A stretch of DNA of 64,000 nt. It comes from Centroscyllium fabricii. Taxonomy: Eukaryota. The translations under genes were made by a program, and so were the position numbers. This document shows, in pieces, positions 11,247-24,254 of this stretch. The stretch covers positions 109,492,001-109,556,000 of the forward strand of contig JBNRSN020000011.1 of the NCBI GenBank assembly GCA_051313645.2, read 5' to 3'. Each line of letters begins with the position of its first letter. Within the stretch, counting starts at the first letter, position 1. The notes below the pieces were generated by a model. The model saw only the letters and a list, made by a program, of their open reading frames with translations. It searched no databases and had not been told where the DNA came from.

Positions 11247-13192
11247 AGGAGCAAATCAGAGCTAGCTCAGCATAGAGTGAAACATTCCTGGCAGAGGAGC
11301 AGAAAACTGAAGACACATGAGTAGGCCAGGTACTAGAAGTTACTGAGGCAGCCCAGCAGAGAATAGTCTCTGCAAAAAGCGGTAGCAACTATGGAGGTCA
11401 CGGCAAGGTCCAGAAGCCAGCGGAGAAATGAACCTTGGCCCAGGAGAAGGTAGATTTCCGTAGAAGACCCACACAGCAGAAAAATAAAGCTGAGAAACCA
11501 GCAGTGCACTAAAGTAGTCAGAAGCTCAGCAGGTTGAGGATGGGTTGTAGGCTAGAAAAGGTTACTTTAAAACTTGAAGCAACCGAGCAGCAGAGCTGAA
11601 ACACGGCAGGCAAGTCTTGGTATAGTCCAGCAGAAAGTATGCTCCTGATGGCACAGGAATCCATGAGTCTAGGAAGTCAAATTTGAGCATAGTGCCAGCC
11701 AATGAAAACACAGAAGCAGCAGGTTTGGGGGATGGGCAATGCGATGTGCTCTATACAGTGAACTTTGAACTTGCAGCTTGAACGTGTAGTTTAGGCTAAA
11801 ATGTACACACTGTTAGGAACAGGAGATGTTAAACAGTGGAGGAAGAGAGAGTGGGTTGGGAGGGGGTGTGGGTAAAGATGGCCATGGAGAGAGTTGTAAA
11901 GGAGTGGTGCTCAGTTAAGGAGCTGCCAGCACTGGAGCCATCTTACATTTTCATTAAAAAATTCCTGTATCTATATTTAAAATGGTGGCTGCCTATGTAA
12001 ACTGGTTAGGCTGTAATTACACCGTTCTCCCAGTGGGAACACTGCGCGTGTAATTATGACAACTTTACATAGACAGTTTCCATGATAAATATGGACATAG
12101 GAATTTAGAATGGAAAACGCTGAGAGAAATTACACAGGGGCAATATTTTTATGATAAACTAGTCAAACTCGTATGGGTTTACACACATTAAGCTGAAGAA
12201 GAACGTCTCTTGCACATCTCGGTTGTTTTCATGTTGCTGTTTCTCTCTCCGTCACCACATCTGGTTAAGTCTCTCTTTCTCATCTCTTAAGTTTCTCCCC
12301 CTAACTCTTCTTGCTTTACTGTCTATTTTTCTCCTTTCAGGTAGAAAGTGGTGGGTGTTATGGCATATTGTGGCTGTAAAAGGAGCCATTCAGCTTCAAG
12401 CCCAAGCTTTTGGGAGACACTGGCTTCAAGTAGACACTTAAAATAAGGCTTTAAAAGACACCATAGATAACTAAACAGATAGATTTTATGATTGTGAAAT
12501 GCTTAATTTGTTGATTTTTTACTTATTCTGCACATTAGAAATTTCAGTTGCTGAGGGAAAAATTGGAAATGAAAAAAAATTCAGAAAACATTTTCAGAGA
12601 ATTGTGGGAACCCAGTGGCCAGACTGTAAAATCACTGACAATTTTACATAGGTGTTTTCCATTATAAATGTAGACATAGGACGTTAGAATGGAAAGGGTG
12701 GACAGAAAAGTGTGAAAAATGTGACAAAAGGTCAAGTGGTACAGACAAGAAGTTTTTGTAGATCTATGATTTTTTAATATATTGTAGGTAGATTACTGTG
12801 TAAATATTGATACATTTGCTGGAGATCTCGTAATCTGGGACCTAAAGTCCAATTTCTGATGCTTACTGTGATAATCCTCCAGCCAAACAGTAAGTGTTAA
12901 CCTATTGATCTGATCATGCAAATTTACAGAAGGAATGTGTCAAATGGTTGGCACAAGGTAAAACTACTACATCACTTACTGATACTGAAATTACTGATTT
13001 ATAATATTTGTTTTTTCCCGCTCCTGCACCTACCTTCATTTTTCCCAGTAATTTACATTACCAAATGATGTTTTTCTGCCCCATAGATTTGTAATACCTG
13101 TTGAAATGGTCGCAAGTATAGCCGTGCATAGTGAGGTTTGTTAACAGCACTGACCAAAGTCATTTGCCATGGTCCAGGCCTGGCTGACTGAT

Positions 13193-15900
13193 ACGAACAT
13201 AAGAATTAGGAGTAGGCCATACAGCCCCTTGAGTTTGCTCCACCATTCAATAAGATCCTGGTTGATTTTCAACCTCAACTCCACTTTCCCACCCAATCCC
13301 CATATCTTTTGATTCCTCTAAAGTCCAAAAATCTATCTATCTCAGCCTTGAATATACTCAATGATTCAGCATCCACAGCCCTTTGGGGTAAAGAATTCCA
13401 AAGATTCACAGCCCTCTGAATGAAGAAATTCCTCCTCATCTCAGTCCTAAATGGCCGACCCCTTATCCTGAGTCTATGGCCCCTAGTTCTAGACTTCCAG
13501 CCAGGGAAAACAACCTCTCAGCATCTCCCCTGTCAATCCCCTTCAGAATCTTGGATGTACCAATGAGATCACCTCTCATTCTTCTAAACTCCAGAGCGTA
13601 TAGGCCCAATCTACATAATCTCTCATCATAGGACAACCCTCTCATCCCAGGAATCAATCTAGTGAACCTTTGTTGCACCGCCTCCAAGGCAAATATATCC
13701 TTCCTTAGGTAAGGAGACCAAAACTGTGCACAATACTCCAGGTCTGGTCTCACCAAGGCCCTGTACAATTGTAGCAAGACTTCCTTACTCTTGGATTCTA
13801 GCATTTGCCCAACGACTGATGTCAGGCTAACTGGCCTGTAATTCCTGGTTTTCTCTCCCTCCTTTCTTGAATAGCATTGTTACATTTGCGACCTGCCAAT
13901 CCGCTGGGACCGTTCTGCAATCTAGCGAATTTTGGAAGATCACAATCAATGCATCCACTGTCTCTTCAGCCACCTCTTTTAGAACCCGAGGATGTAGGCT
14001 GTCGGGTCCAGGGGATTTATCGGCTTTTAATCCCATTAGTTTCTCTAGTACTTTTTCTCTGCTTATATTAATTAGGTTAAGTTCCTCACCCTCATTAGAC
14101 CCTTGGTCCTCACCATTTTTGGTATGCTTTTTGTGTCTTCTATTGTGAAGACAGATGCAAATATAACGTTTCTGCCATTTCGTTATTCTCCATAATAATT
14201 TCTCCCGTCTCAGTCTCTAAGGGATCAACGTTTACTTTTGCTACTCTTCCTTTTTACATACTTGTAGAAGCACTTACAATCTGTTTTTATATTTCTTGCT
14301 CGTTTTCTCTCATCCTATTTTTTTCCCCTCATCAACTTTTTAGTCATCCTTTGCTAGCTTCTGAAACTCTCCCAATTGTCAGGCTCACTACTATTCTTCG
14401 CAACATTATAAGCTGCTTCTTTCAATTTAATGCTACCCTTAACTTCTTTAGCCACAGATGCATCACTTTTCCTGTGGAGTTTTTGTTTCTTAATGGAATG
14501 TATTTTTGTTGAGAATTATGAAATAGTTCTTTAAATGCTAGCCACTGCTTATCTACTGTCATACCTTTTAAACTATTTTTCCAATCTACCTTATCCAACT
14601 TGCCCCTCATACTGATGTAATTGGCTTTATTTAAGACGACTCTCATTTTAGACTTGGGCAAATCACTCAAAATTAATGGGAAATTCTTTCATATTATGAT
14701 CACTCTGCCCCAGAGGACCCTTTACTAGGAGACTGCTAATTAACCAGTCCTGACGAAAGGTCATCGACCTGAAACATTAACTGTTTCTCTCTCCGATGCT
14801 GCCTGGCTTGCTAAGTTTTTCCAGTGTTTTCTGTTGTTATGCTAATTAACCCTGTCTCATTACATAATACAAGATCTCCAGACTACCTTTGCCAATTTGA
14901 TTTGTCCAGTCTAGAAGATTAAAGTCCCTCACGATTATTGCATTACCTCTGTTACATGCTCTTACTATTTCTTGATTAATATTCTGTCCAACGGTATAGC
15001 TACTGTTAGGGGGCCTATATACTACCCCATTAGTGTTTTCTCCCCCTTGTTATTACTTATCTCTACCCATACTGATTCTACTTCCTGATCTTCTGAACCG
15101 AGATCCTTTCTCTCTACTATCCTTATGTCATCCTTTATTATCAGAGCTACCCACCCCCTTTTCCACTCTGCCTGTCTTTTTGAAACATCAAGTACCATGG
15201 AAGATTTAGTTCCCAACCTTGGTCACCGTGCAACCATGACTCTGTAATGGCTATTAGATCAAACCCATTTATCTCTATTTGTGCCACTAGTCTATCTTGT
15301 TACAAAAGCTTCGTGCATTCAGATAAAGAGCCTCTAATTTCAATTTTTTTTACCATTATTCTCTGCTTTAACCTTATTCTCTGCTGCATTGCTACCGTTA
15401 AAACTGACCCTTCCTGTCACTCTGCGTATTTTTACCCAAAATCGCTACACTGCTCTATTGCCTTGACCTTTCTCTTTAGATTTCTAAAATTTCCCCTCAC
15501 TTGACCCCTCCCCCATTTTTTTAGTTTAAAATCCTATCTACAGCCTTAGTTATTCAATTCACCAGGACGCTACTAAGTGAAGCCCGTCCCGACAGACCAG
15601 TTCCCTCTCTCCCCAGTACTGAAACCCCTTCTTCTCACACCACTCCTTGAGCCACACATTTAACTCTCTGATCTGCTTGACCCTATGCCCATTTGCATGT
15701 GGCTCAGGTAGTAATCCAGAGATTATTACCCTCAAGGTTCTGCTTATTAATTTAGACCCTAGCTCCTCAAACTCCCTCAGCAGAACTTCATTCTTAATTA
15801 CACCTATGTCGTTGGTTCCTACATGGACCACGACAACTTGATCCTCCTCCCACTCCAATTTCTTCTCCAGCCGCGAGGAGATATTCTTAAACCTGGCACT
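13193..15900 (-). mobile_element. Internally deleted CR1 LINE including an ORF1 esterase fragment
   Basis: VVVVHVGTNDIG...IISGLLP (SGNH esterase, 15559-15858), endonuclease fragments, KSPGPDSLHPRVLKE, and 3' end LVRPDLEYCAQFWSP. RT core missing at the ~13800 junction. Confidence 0.88.
14746..14839 (+). mobile_element. 94-bp Penelope terminal fragment with hammerhead motif, inserted in CR1
   Basis: CTGACGA-A-AGGTC-atc-GACCT-GAAACATT. Similar to 11148-11246. 12-bp TSD TGCTAATTAACC at 14734-14745 and 14840-14851. Confidence 0.8.
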
Positions 15901-16039
15901 GTACAGTGGAGGAGCAGAAAGATTTAGGGGTACATGTACAGAAATTGAAAGCTATTGAAATTTTTTTTCAAAAGGCTAATGGAATATTAGCCTTTATCTC
16001 CAGGGGAATGGAATGAAAAGCGGTGGAAGTTATGCTACA

Positions 16040-16630
16040 ACAAGAACTTGCATGAAAGAGCCTTTAACATAGTAAAATGTCCCAAGGCCTTTCACAGAAG
16101 CATTAACAAAATTTGACACCGAGTCACATAAGTAGATATTAGGAAAGGTGTCCAAAAGCTGGATCAAAAGAGGAATAATAAGCATCTTAAAGGAGTCAAG
16201 AGAGGTCGAAGGATGGAAGAGAATTCCAGAGCTTAGGGCCTTGGGAGCTGAAGGCACACCCGCCCAATAATGGAGCAGTGAAAATTAGGGATGAGCAAGA
16301 GGCCAGAATTGGAAGAGGGCAAAGATCTCGGAGGGTTGTAGTGCTGGAGCAGGTTACAGAGATAAGGAGGGGCAAGGCCAAAGAGGGATTTGAAAGCAAG
16401 GATGAGAATTTCAAAAAGCGAGGCTTTGCCAATGTAGGTCAGTAAGCACAGGGTGATAGGTGAATGGGACTTAGCGCGAGTTAGGATACAGGCAGCAGAG
16501 CTTTTGGATGAGCTCAAGCCTATGGAGGGTGGAAAGTGTGAGGCCAGTCAGGAGAGCATTGGAAAGTAGATTCTAGAGGTAATAAAGGCATCGATTAGGG
16601 TTTCTGCATCAGATGAGCTGAGGCGAGCAT
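16040..16630 (-). mobile_element. L2 LINE 3' fragment
   Basis: FKSLFGLAPPYLCNLL and GGCAFSSQGPKLWNSLP, typical of the L2 ORF2 C-terminus. Confidence 0.8.
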
Positions 16631-17285
16631 AATCTTAAAAGGTAGACCGAGGCCTTTCAGGGATGATGTCACACAGAGTAGTGGAAATCTGGAATGCTCC
16701 CAAAAACCTGGGAGTCAATTGAACATGTCAAAACTGAAATTGATAAGATTTTTGTTAGGTAGGTTATTAAAGGATATGGAACCAAGGTGGGTAAATGGAA
16801 TGGAGATACAGATCAGCCATGATCTAACTGAATTATGTAAAAGGTTCCAGGGGCTGAATGAGCTACTCCACTGTTCCGATAGTCAGCACTCCTCGTGTTC
16901 TTAGGAAAATACAGACATACAGGCCTTTGGTGCACTGGCATACTATGTAAAATTTGATTCTAACTGAAATATTTACGAATAGATGAATACAGATGTAGTA
17001 ATAAACAGCACACTCTGAAACTTTACTAGCCTTTAGCTGAACACTAATATATCTTTTCCGATGCGGTGTATTTCCAGTGATGGGAAAATTCCTTGAAGCC
17101 AGATACTGTATATTTCAAAGTGCTTTATCTCAGATTTCAAGTATTTAAAAAAAATTCCTCTTAGCAGGTATGCTAAATTATTCAGGCAATTTATAAGTGG
17201 CACAATAAATTCTTAACCTAATATATTGGCTCATCCTGGAGGGTTAATGCACACTGCTAATTGCAAAATACTTTTAGACATATAG

Positions 17286-18728
17286 GGTGGATAAAGGGGA
17301 ACCAGTGGATGTGGTGTATTTGGACTTCCAAAAGGCATTTGACAAGGTGCCCCACAGAAGATTATTACTCAAGATAAAAAATCACGGGGTTGGGGGTAAT
17401 ATTCTGGCATGGGTGGAGGATTGGCTTTCGAACAGAAAACAGAGAGTTGAGATAAATGGTTCGTTCTCAGACTGGCAGTCAGTCACTAGTGGTGTTCCGC
17501 AAGGGTCGGTGCTGGGACCCCAACTCTTTACAATCTATATTAACGATTTGGAAGAAGGGACCAAGTGCAACATATCAAAGTTTGCGGATGACACAAAGAT
17601 GGGAGGGAGGGTGATGAATGAGGAGGACATTAAAAACCTGCAAAAGGACATAGATAGGCTAAGTGAGTGGGCAGAGATTTGGCAGATGGAGTATAATACT
17701 GGAAAATGTGAAGTTATGCACTTTGGCAGGAAAAATAATAGAGCGAGTTATTATCTAAATGGAAAGGAACTGGAAAGTACTTCAGTGCAAAGGGATCTGG
17801 GGGTCCTGGTGCAGGGGACACAAAGTTAATATGCAGGTGCAGCAGGTGGTAAGGAAGGCCAACGGAATGTTGGCTTTTATTGCTAAGGGGATTGAGTATA
17901 AAAGCAGGGAGGTCTTGTTGCAGTTGTACAGGGTATTGGTGAGACCACACCTGGAATACTGCGTGCAGTTCTGGTGTCCCTATTTAAGAAAGGACATACT
18001 TGCTCTCGAGGCAGTGCAGAGAAGATTCACTAGGTTAATTCCGGGGATGAGGGGGCTAACATATGACGAGAGGCTGAGTGGATTGGGCCTCTACTCATTG
18101 GAGTTCAGAAGAATGAGAGGCGATCTTATTGAAATATATAAGATTGTGAGAGGGCTTGATCGGGTGGATGCGGTGAGGATGTTCCCAATGGTGGGTGAGA
18201 CTAGGACTAGGGGGCATAATCTTAAAATAAGGGGCTCCCATTTCAAAACTGAGATGAGGGGGAACTTCTTTACTCAGAGGGTGGTGCGGCTGTGGAATTT
18301 GCTGCCCCAGAGAGCTGTAGAAGCTACTACGTTGAATAAATTTAAAACTGAGATAGACAGTTTCCTGGAATTAAAGGGAATTAGGGGTTATGGTGAACGG
18401 GCTGGTAAGTGGACGTGAGGCTAGGTTCAGATCGGCCATGTGATGTCCTGGACCAGTTTTCGATCGCCTAGATGGGTCGGAGAGGAATTTTCCTGATTTT
18501 TTTTCTTTCTCCAAAATTGGCTATTTTTAAAAAATTTTTATTATTATTTTTTTTAATCTGGTTTTTCACCTCTCCCAGGTGATCACATTGGTCTGGGCGG
18601 GGTGGAGAGTAAAAATAAAATTGAGGTTAGGATCAGATCAGCCATGATCTTATTGAATGGCGGAGCAGGCTCGAGGGGCCGATTGGCCTACTCCTGCTCC
18701 TATTTCTTATGTTCTTATGTTCTTATGT
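17286..18728 (+). mobile_element. Young 5'-truncated CR1 LINE (RT to 3' end, one frameshift near 17822)
   Basis: [32 protein letters not shown]. Two long overlapping ORFs, extended 3' UTR, (TTCTTATG)3 tail. Confidence 0.95.
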
Positions 18729-19146
18729 AATCTTACAGCAAAGCTGCAGACCTCCCTTCCATCTAGATTCAATGGGGCTGAATTTCTGCATGGGTTGTAT
18801 TGCTCGTCCACCATTCGGTTTGCTGGAAACGCTGGAAAAATATGACAGTGATACTGAAGCTTTTCCAGGGTTTCCGTGGCTCTTCCGCCGACATTGCGAC
18901 AGACAAGTGGGAGATCCCCGTGGAAATACACTTCTAAAGTTACTAAACTCAAGCCCTGCCTCTCAATTTTGGTGAGCTAGTCTGAATTTAATTTGCTATT
19001 ATTCCAGCTAAGCGATACATATCAGAGGGAATTTTTAAAAAAGCAGTGTGTTAATGCTCAGTTATTGTACTCCTACCAGTCAATTAGACAGCATCAAAAT
19101 AGTCAAACAAATCACTGCTGAGTACCATTGGCAAGGTTATCAGGTA

Positions 19147-19501
19147 CAGGTTAGGCACTGTTAATCCGGCACCCGAAAAACCGGCAGTTTCAGCCGTCCG
19201 GCAAAGATTTCCCCGACAGCCCTGCGCATGCGCAAAATGGCCGCCGTGTGTGGCTGCGCATGCCCGGGCCTCCCCGACTGGTCTGAGCATGCGCAATATG
19301 GCCGCCGCGCTTGGCTGCACATGCCCGGGCCTCACTGAACGATTGATGCTTCGGCGCGCGCATGCGCAGACCATTCAAAATTTTGCGGTGGCCATTTTGA
19401 ATGATCTGCGCATGCGCCGCCAAAGCTTCAATCATTCGGCATTTTCAAAAATTCGGCACGGTGCTGGCCCCAACCGTGCCAAATTAACGAAGCTCAACCT
19501 G
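19147..19501. mobile_element. GCGCATGCGC-rich MITE, copy 3 (more diverged)
   Basis: TA|CAGGTTAGGCACTGTTAAT...ATTAACGAAGCTCAACCTG|TA. Lies 66 bp into the intron after the exon at 19568-19671. Confidence 0.8.
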
Positions 19502-19567
19502 TACTGCATTAACAAAAGAATTTTTTTTTTTTTTTTTTTTTATATAAACGACTTCACAACAGCTTAC

Positions 19568-19671
19568 CTGGACTGACTTGTTGCTGGTCCATCTGATCCT
19601 GGTTGAGCTAGGTCAGGTGTGAGAACATAAAGGCTATTATTCTTAGGCAAGTGCAGAGACCTCAGAACAGT
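19568..19671 (-). CDS. FAF1: FAF1 internal coding exon (end of UBL1 plus linker; probably exon 6)
   Basis: tttttctccccatctgtAG|ACT GTT CTG...TCC AG|GTAAGC. 104 bp, TVLRSLHLPKNNSLYVLTPDLAQPGSDGPATSQS. Phase 0 start fits the previous exon. Confidence 0.95.
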
Positions 19672-20139
19672 CTACAGATGGGGAGAAAAATGACAGTGAG
19701 AAAATTAAATCTCAAGGATTTAGAATAGATTGCAAGATAATCAAAATAACCAAAAAATGTGACAAAAATTCTCTGTCATGCTTACAATCCTGGAGGTTAA
19801 ATCCTTAAAACACAATCTAAACATCACCCAAAATGTCTGGTCACTCTGGTTCTCAGGCAAACTTAATAGCAAGGACAAAAACCTCAAATGGTATGAATCG
19901 TCTCAGTAGAATACAGTATAAATCACGATGTTTTTGCTCGTGACACCTCAGTCTTTGTGGTTTGGTCCCAAATAAAGCCTTAGGGAGGATCGAAAGTAGC
20001 AGGTCTGACAAATGTTGGTCTCCTATTTTTGTTATCCCCCCACAGTACATTACCACTACCATGATTAGATCTCCTTTGACATACACAACTTTGCTGAAGG
20101 GATTTATCTCAGGCAAGTGAGGACACTGCAGTTAGGATC

Positions 20140-20600
20140 ATTGGTTGCAGGTCATTCAGTCACTCGAACCCGTTCCGCCATTCAATTAGATTATGGCTAA
20201 TCTGTATCTCAGCTCCATTTATCCACCATTGCTTCATATCCTGGATACCCATCACTAACAAAATATATTGACCACATCTTGTGAATTTCAATTGACCCAG
20301 CATCCAAAGCCTTTTGGGGAACAGAGTTCCAGATTTCCACTATTCCTTGTGTGAAAAAGTGCTTCCTCATTTCAATCCTATATGGCCTAGCTCTAATTTT
20401 AAGATTATGCCCCCTTGTTCTGGATATTCCCATCAGAGGAAATAGTTTCTCTGTATCTATCCTACCTAATCCCTCATTTTAAAGACTTGATCAGATCTCC
20501 CCTCAACCTGATGAATTCAAAGGAATACATGCCAAGTTTATTCAACCGGTCCTCATAATTTACCCTTTAAGCCCCAGTATCATTCTGATGAATCTGTGCT
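20140..20600 (-). mobile_element. CR1 3' fragment
   Basis: RTRGHNLKIR...FFTQGIVEIWNSVP. Confidence 0.8.
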
Positions 20601-20875
20601 CCTTTCTAACCCAATATGCAAAAAGCCCAACAAGGGAGGAAAACTTAGGGGAACATATGGGCAATAGTAACCATAATATAATACATTTTATGATAATAGA
20701 GGACATTTTATGATAATAGAGAAGGACATAAGTATGACAAAAACCAGGTTACTATATTGGAAAAAAGCTGATTGAGGGGTTGAGAATAGAACTTGGGAAG
20801 ATAAAATGGGCAACAATATTGGCAAACAACGATGTAGAACGACAATGGGAAACATTTAAAACGGTGATCAACAGT

Positions 20876-22195
20876 GGAAAAACAGTGACCGGATCGGACA
20901 AAGTCAACATGGATTTACAAAAGGTAAATCGTGCTTGACTAATCTACCGGAATTATTTGAGGATGTAACTGGTAAAATAGATAAGGGAGAACCAGTGGAT
21001 GTGGTGTACTTGGACTTTCAAAAGGCATTCGATAAGGTCCCGCATAAGAGATTAGCATGTAAAATTAAGGCACATGGGATTGGGGGCAAGGTATTGACTT
21101 GGATAGAGAACTGGTCGGCAGACAGAAAGCAAAGTGTTGGAATAAACGGCTCCTTTTCCGAGTGGCAGGCAGTGACTAATGGGGTACCGCAGGGATCGGT
21201 CCTTGGACCCCAGCTATTCACAATATATATTAATGATCTAGACGAGGGAACCAGATGTAATAGCTCCAAGTTTGCAGATGACACAAAGTTGGGTGGGCGT
21301 GTGTGCTGTAAGGAGGATGCCGAGAAACTCCAGTATGATTTGGACAGGTTGGGTGATTGGACAGAAGCATGGCAGACGCAATATAACGTGGATAAATGCG
21401 AGGTTACCCATTTTTGTGTCAAAAACAAGGCGGCAGATTATTATCTGAATGGCAATAGATTGGGAGATGGGGAAGTGCAACGAGACCTGGGTGTCCTTGT
21501 GCACCAGTCACTGAAGGTAAGCATGCAGGTGCAGCAGGCAGTCAAGAAGGCAAATGGTATGTTTGCCTTTGTAGCAAGAGGGTTTGAGTACAGGAACAAG
21601 GATGTCTTGCTGCAGTTGTACAGGGCCTTGGTGAGACCACATCTTGAATGTTGTGTGCAGTTTTGGTCGCCTTATCTAAGGAAGGATGTTCTTGCCATGG
21701 AAGGAGTGCAGCAAAGATTCACCAGGCTGATATCTGGAATGGCAGGAGTGACGTATGAGGAGAGATTGGGTTGACTGGGCTTGTACTCACTGGAGTTTAG
21801 AAGAATGAGAAGGGATCTCATTAAAACTTATTAAATTCTAACAGGACTGGACAGACTAGATGCAGGAAAGATGTTCCCGATGGTGGGGGGAGTCCAGAAC
21901 CAGGGGTCACAGTCTAAGGATAAGGGGTAAGCCATTTAAGACAGAGATGAGGAGGAATTTCTTCACCCAGAGAGTGGTGAACCTGTGGAATTCGCCAGAG
22001 GCAGTTGAGGCCAATTTATTAAACATATTCAAGGAGTTGGATATATTTCTTAAGGCTAAAGGGATCAAGGGATATGGGGAGAAAGCAGGGACAGGGTACT
22101 GAATTCGGATGATCAGCCATGATCGCATTGAATGCCGGAGCAGGTTCGAGGGGCCGAACGGCCAACTCCTGCTCCTATCTTCTATGCTTCTATGT
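20876..22195 (+). mobile_element. CR1 LINE (RT to tail) nested in an older CR1 (approx. 20600-20875, 22196-22915, 23790-24250)
   Basis: 279-aa RT ORF at 20935-21774, tail ttctatgcttctatg. The host CR1 resumes at 22196. Confidence 0.9.
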
Positions 22196-23279
22196 AACAG
22201 AGTGCAGGAAAAAGATATTCCACTAAAGGGAAAGAACAAACTAAACACTAATGAGACTCCATGGATAAATAAAGACATAGGCGAACAATTGAGGGTAAGG
22301 AAAGAGGCATACATTAAGTACATAGACAGCAGAGGAGTGCATGAGAGAGAAGAAGGGATTAGGAGAAGTCAAAAAAATGAGGAAGGCAAAGAAGAACTCT
22401 GAAATGAAAGTATCAAGGAACACTAAACAAAATAGTAAAATATTCTACAGGCACATAAAAAGGACGTTTGGGATGGGAATATGGCCATTAAAGGATAGAC
22501 AGGACAATACCACAGGTAACAATAGAGAAATGGCTGAAATATTAAATCATTATTTCGCATCAGTATTTACCAGGGCGATAGAACAGGTGGACATGACATT
22601 GGATGGTGAGATGAGTAATGAGATACGTGCATTTAAAAAATAAAAAGGGGGATATACTAAATAAACTAATCAAACTCAAGATAAAACCCTTGGTCTGGAC
22701 GGATTACATCCACACATTTTAATAAGAATCTAGGGGATAGCAGAGGCATCACTGCACATATTTAATAATCCATTAGAAAAAGGTGTAGTGCCAGAGGACT
22801 GGCGGAGAGCTAATGTAATTTAAGAGTGATAGTACATGTCCAGGGCATTACAGACCAGTCAGCTTAACATCAGTGGTAGGAAAAATAATGGAATCCCTAC
22901 TAAAGGAGAACATAAGTAGTAAGAGCAGGAGAAGGCCATGCGGCCTCTCGAGCCTGCTCCGCCATTCAATAAGATCATCGACCTCAACTCCTCTTTCCCG
23001 CCTGATCTCCATATCCCTGGATTCCCCAAGAGTCCAAAAATCTATCTATCTCAGCCTTGAAGATACTCAAAGACTCAGCATTCACTGTCCTCTGGGGCAC
23101 AGAATTCCAAAGGTTCACAACCCTCAGTGAAGAAATTCCTCCTCATTTACCATGGTCCAGGCCTGGCTGACTGATAAGAACATAAGAAATAGGAGCAGGA
23201 ATAGGCCATACAGCCCCTCGAGTTTGCTCCACCATTCATTAAGATCCTGGTTGATTTTCAACCTCAACTCCACTTACTC

Positions 23280-23771
23280 CAATGTAAGAGGTTAATTAAG
23301 TAAAATTAAAACATTTTTTCCACCACAGGTTTATCATTTTAAAATGCTTTAAAGAATCGGAAGTTTATTTTTAGCCCCATTAAAAACTTTAATTTTCTCA
23401 AAAATTTAAATTTCTTGTTTGAAATAGTTAATTCATGTCATTTAGTTATTTTAAAAATGTGATTAATAAAAATGTATTTGAAGTTTCACTTAAGTTTTGG
23501 GGCCGATCTCTATTCACAGATTTGACAGGTCTTCCTGTCAAACCTATGAATGGAGATTCCCTGCTCCGATTGGCTCCCCATGGCCCTTGTGATCCCAGGG
23601 GACGCTGCAAACTCGCTTCGCCGCTGGGATATGCGAGCACTGCACACCGGCAGCTGGAGGAGGCCCAGGATCGGAATCCCACGTGAGCCCACAGCACAAC
23701 GGCAGGCATGCTAGGTAAGTGCAGGTCGGGGGCTTGCACCCGCGGGAAGCCTCCGACTGAATTTCTGGCCT
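23280..23771. mobile_element. Right half of a Harbinger-like non-autonomous element
   Basis: AT-rich core, then a GC-rich arm ending GAATTTCTGGCCC|TAA. Same layout as 41525-42014. Left TIR not seen. Confidence 0.55.
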
Positions 23772-24254
23772 AATATTACATTTTGGTAAATAAAGGGTGC
23801 AGAGAAGATTTACAAGGATGATACCAGAAATGCGAGGGTATACATATCAGGAAAGTATGAACAGGATGGGTCTCTTTTCTCTTTGAAAAAAGGCTGAGGT
23901 GTGACCTAATAGAGGTCTTTAAAATTATGAAAGGTTTTGACAGAGTGGATACAGAGAGAATGTTTCCACTTGTGGGGAAGAGCATAACTAGAGACCATCA
24001 ATATAAGACAGTCACCAAGAAATCAAAAAGGGAATTCAGAAGAAACTTCTTTACCCAAAGAGTGGTGAGAATGTGGAACTTGCGACCACAGGGAGTGATT
24101 GAAGCGAATAGTACAGATGCATTTAAGGGGAGGCTGGACAAACATGAACGAGAAGGGAATAGACATTTAACGGAGAAAAGACAGGACGAGGCTCGAGTGG
24201 AGCAAAAGCACTGGCACGGACAGGTCGGGCCAAATGACCCGGTTTCTGTGTAAT

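Noticed and set aside
11260-11800. Purine-rich stretch, continuous with ~8270-8596, as a possible LTR or exon
   Set aside because: No PBS, paired LTR, ORF or splice pattern I could support, so left unclassified.
1-19500. Next FAF1 exon (expected LQESLNQNFMLII-like) and, at the other end of the window, the preceding short exon
   Set aside because: No convincing match found by eye. They probably lie outside the window, but a short diverged exon could have been missed.
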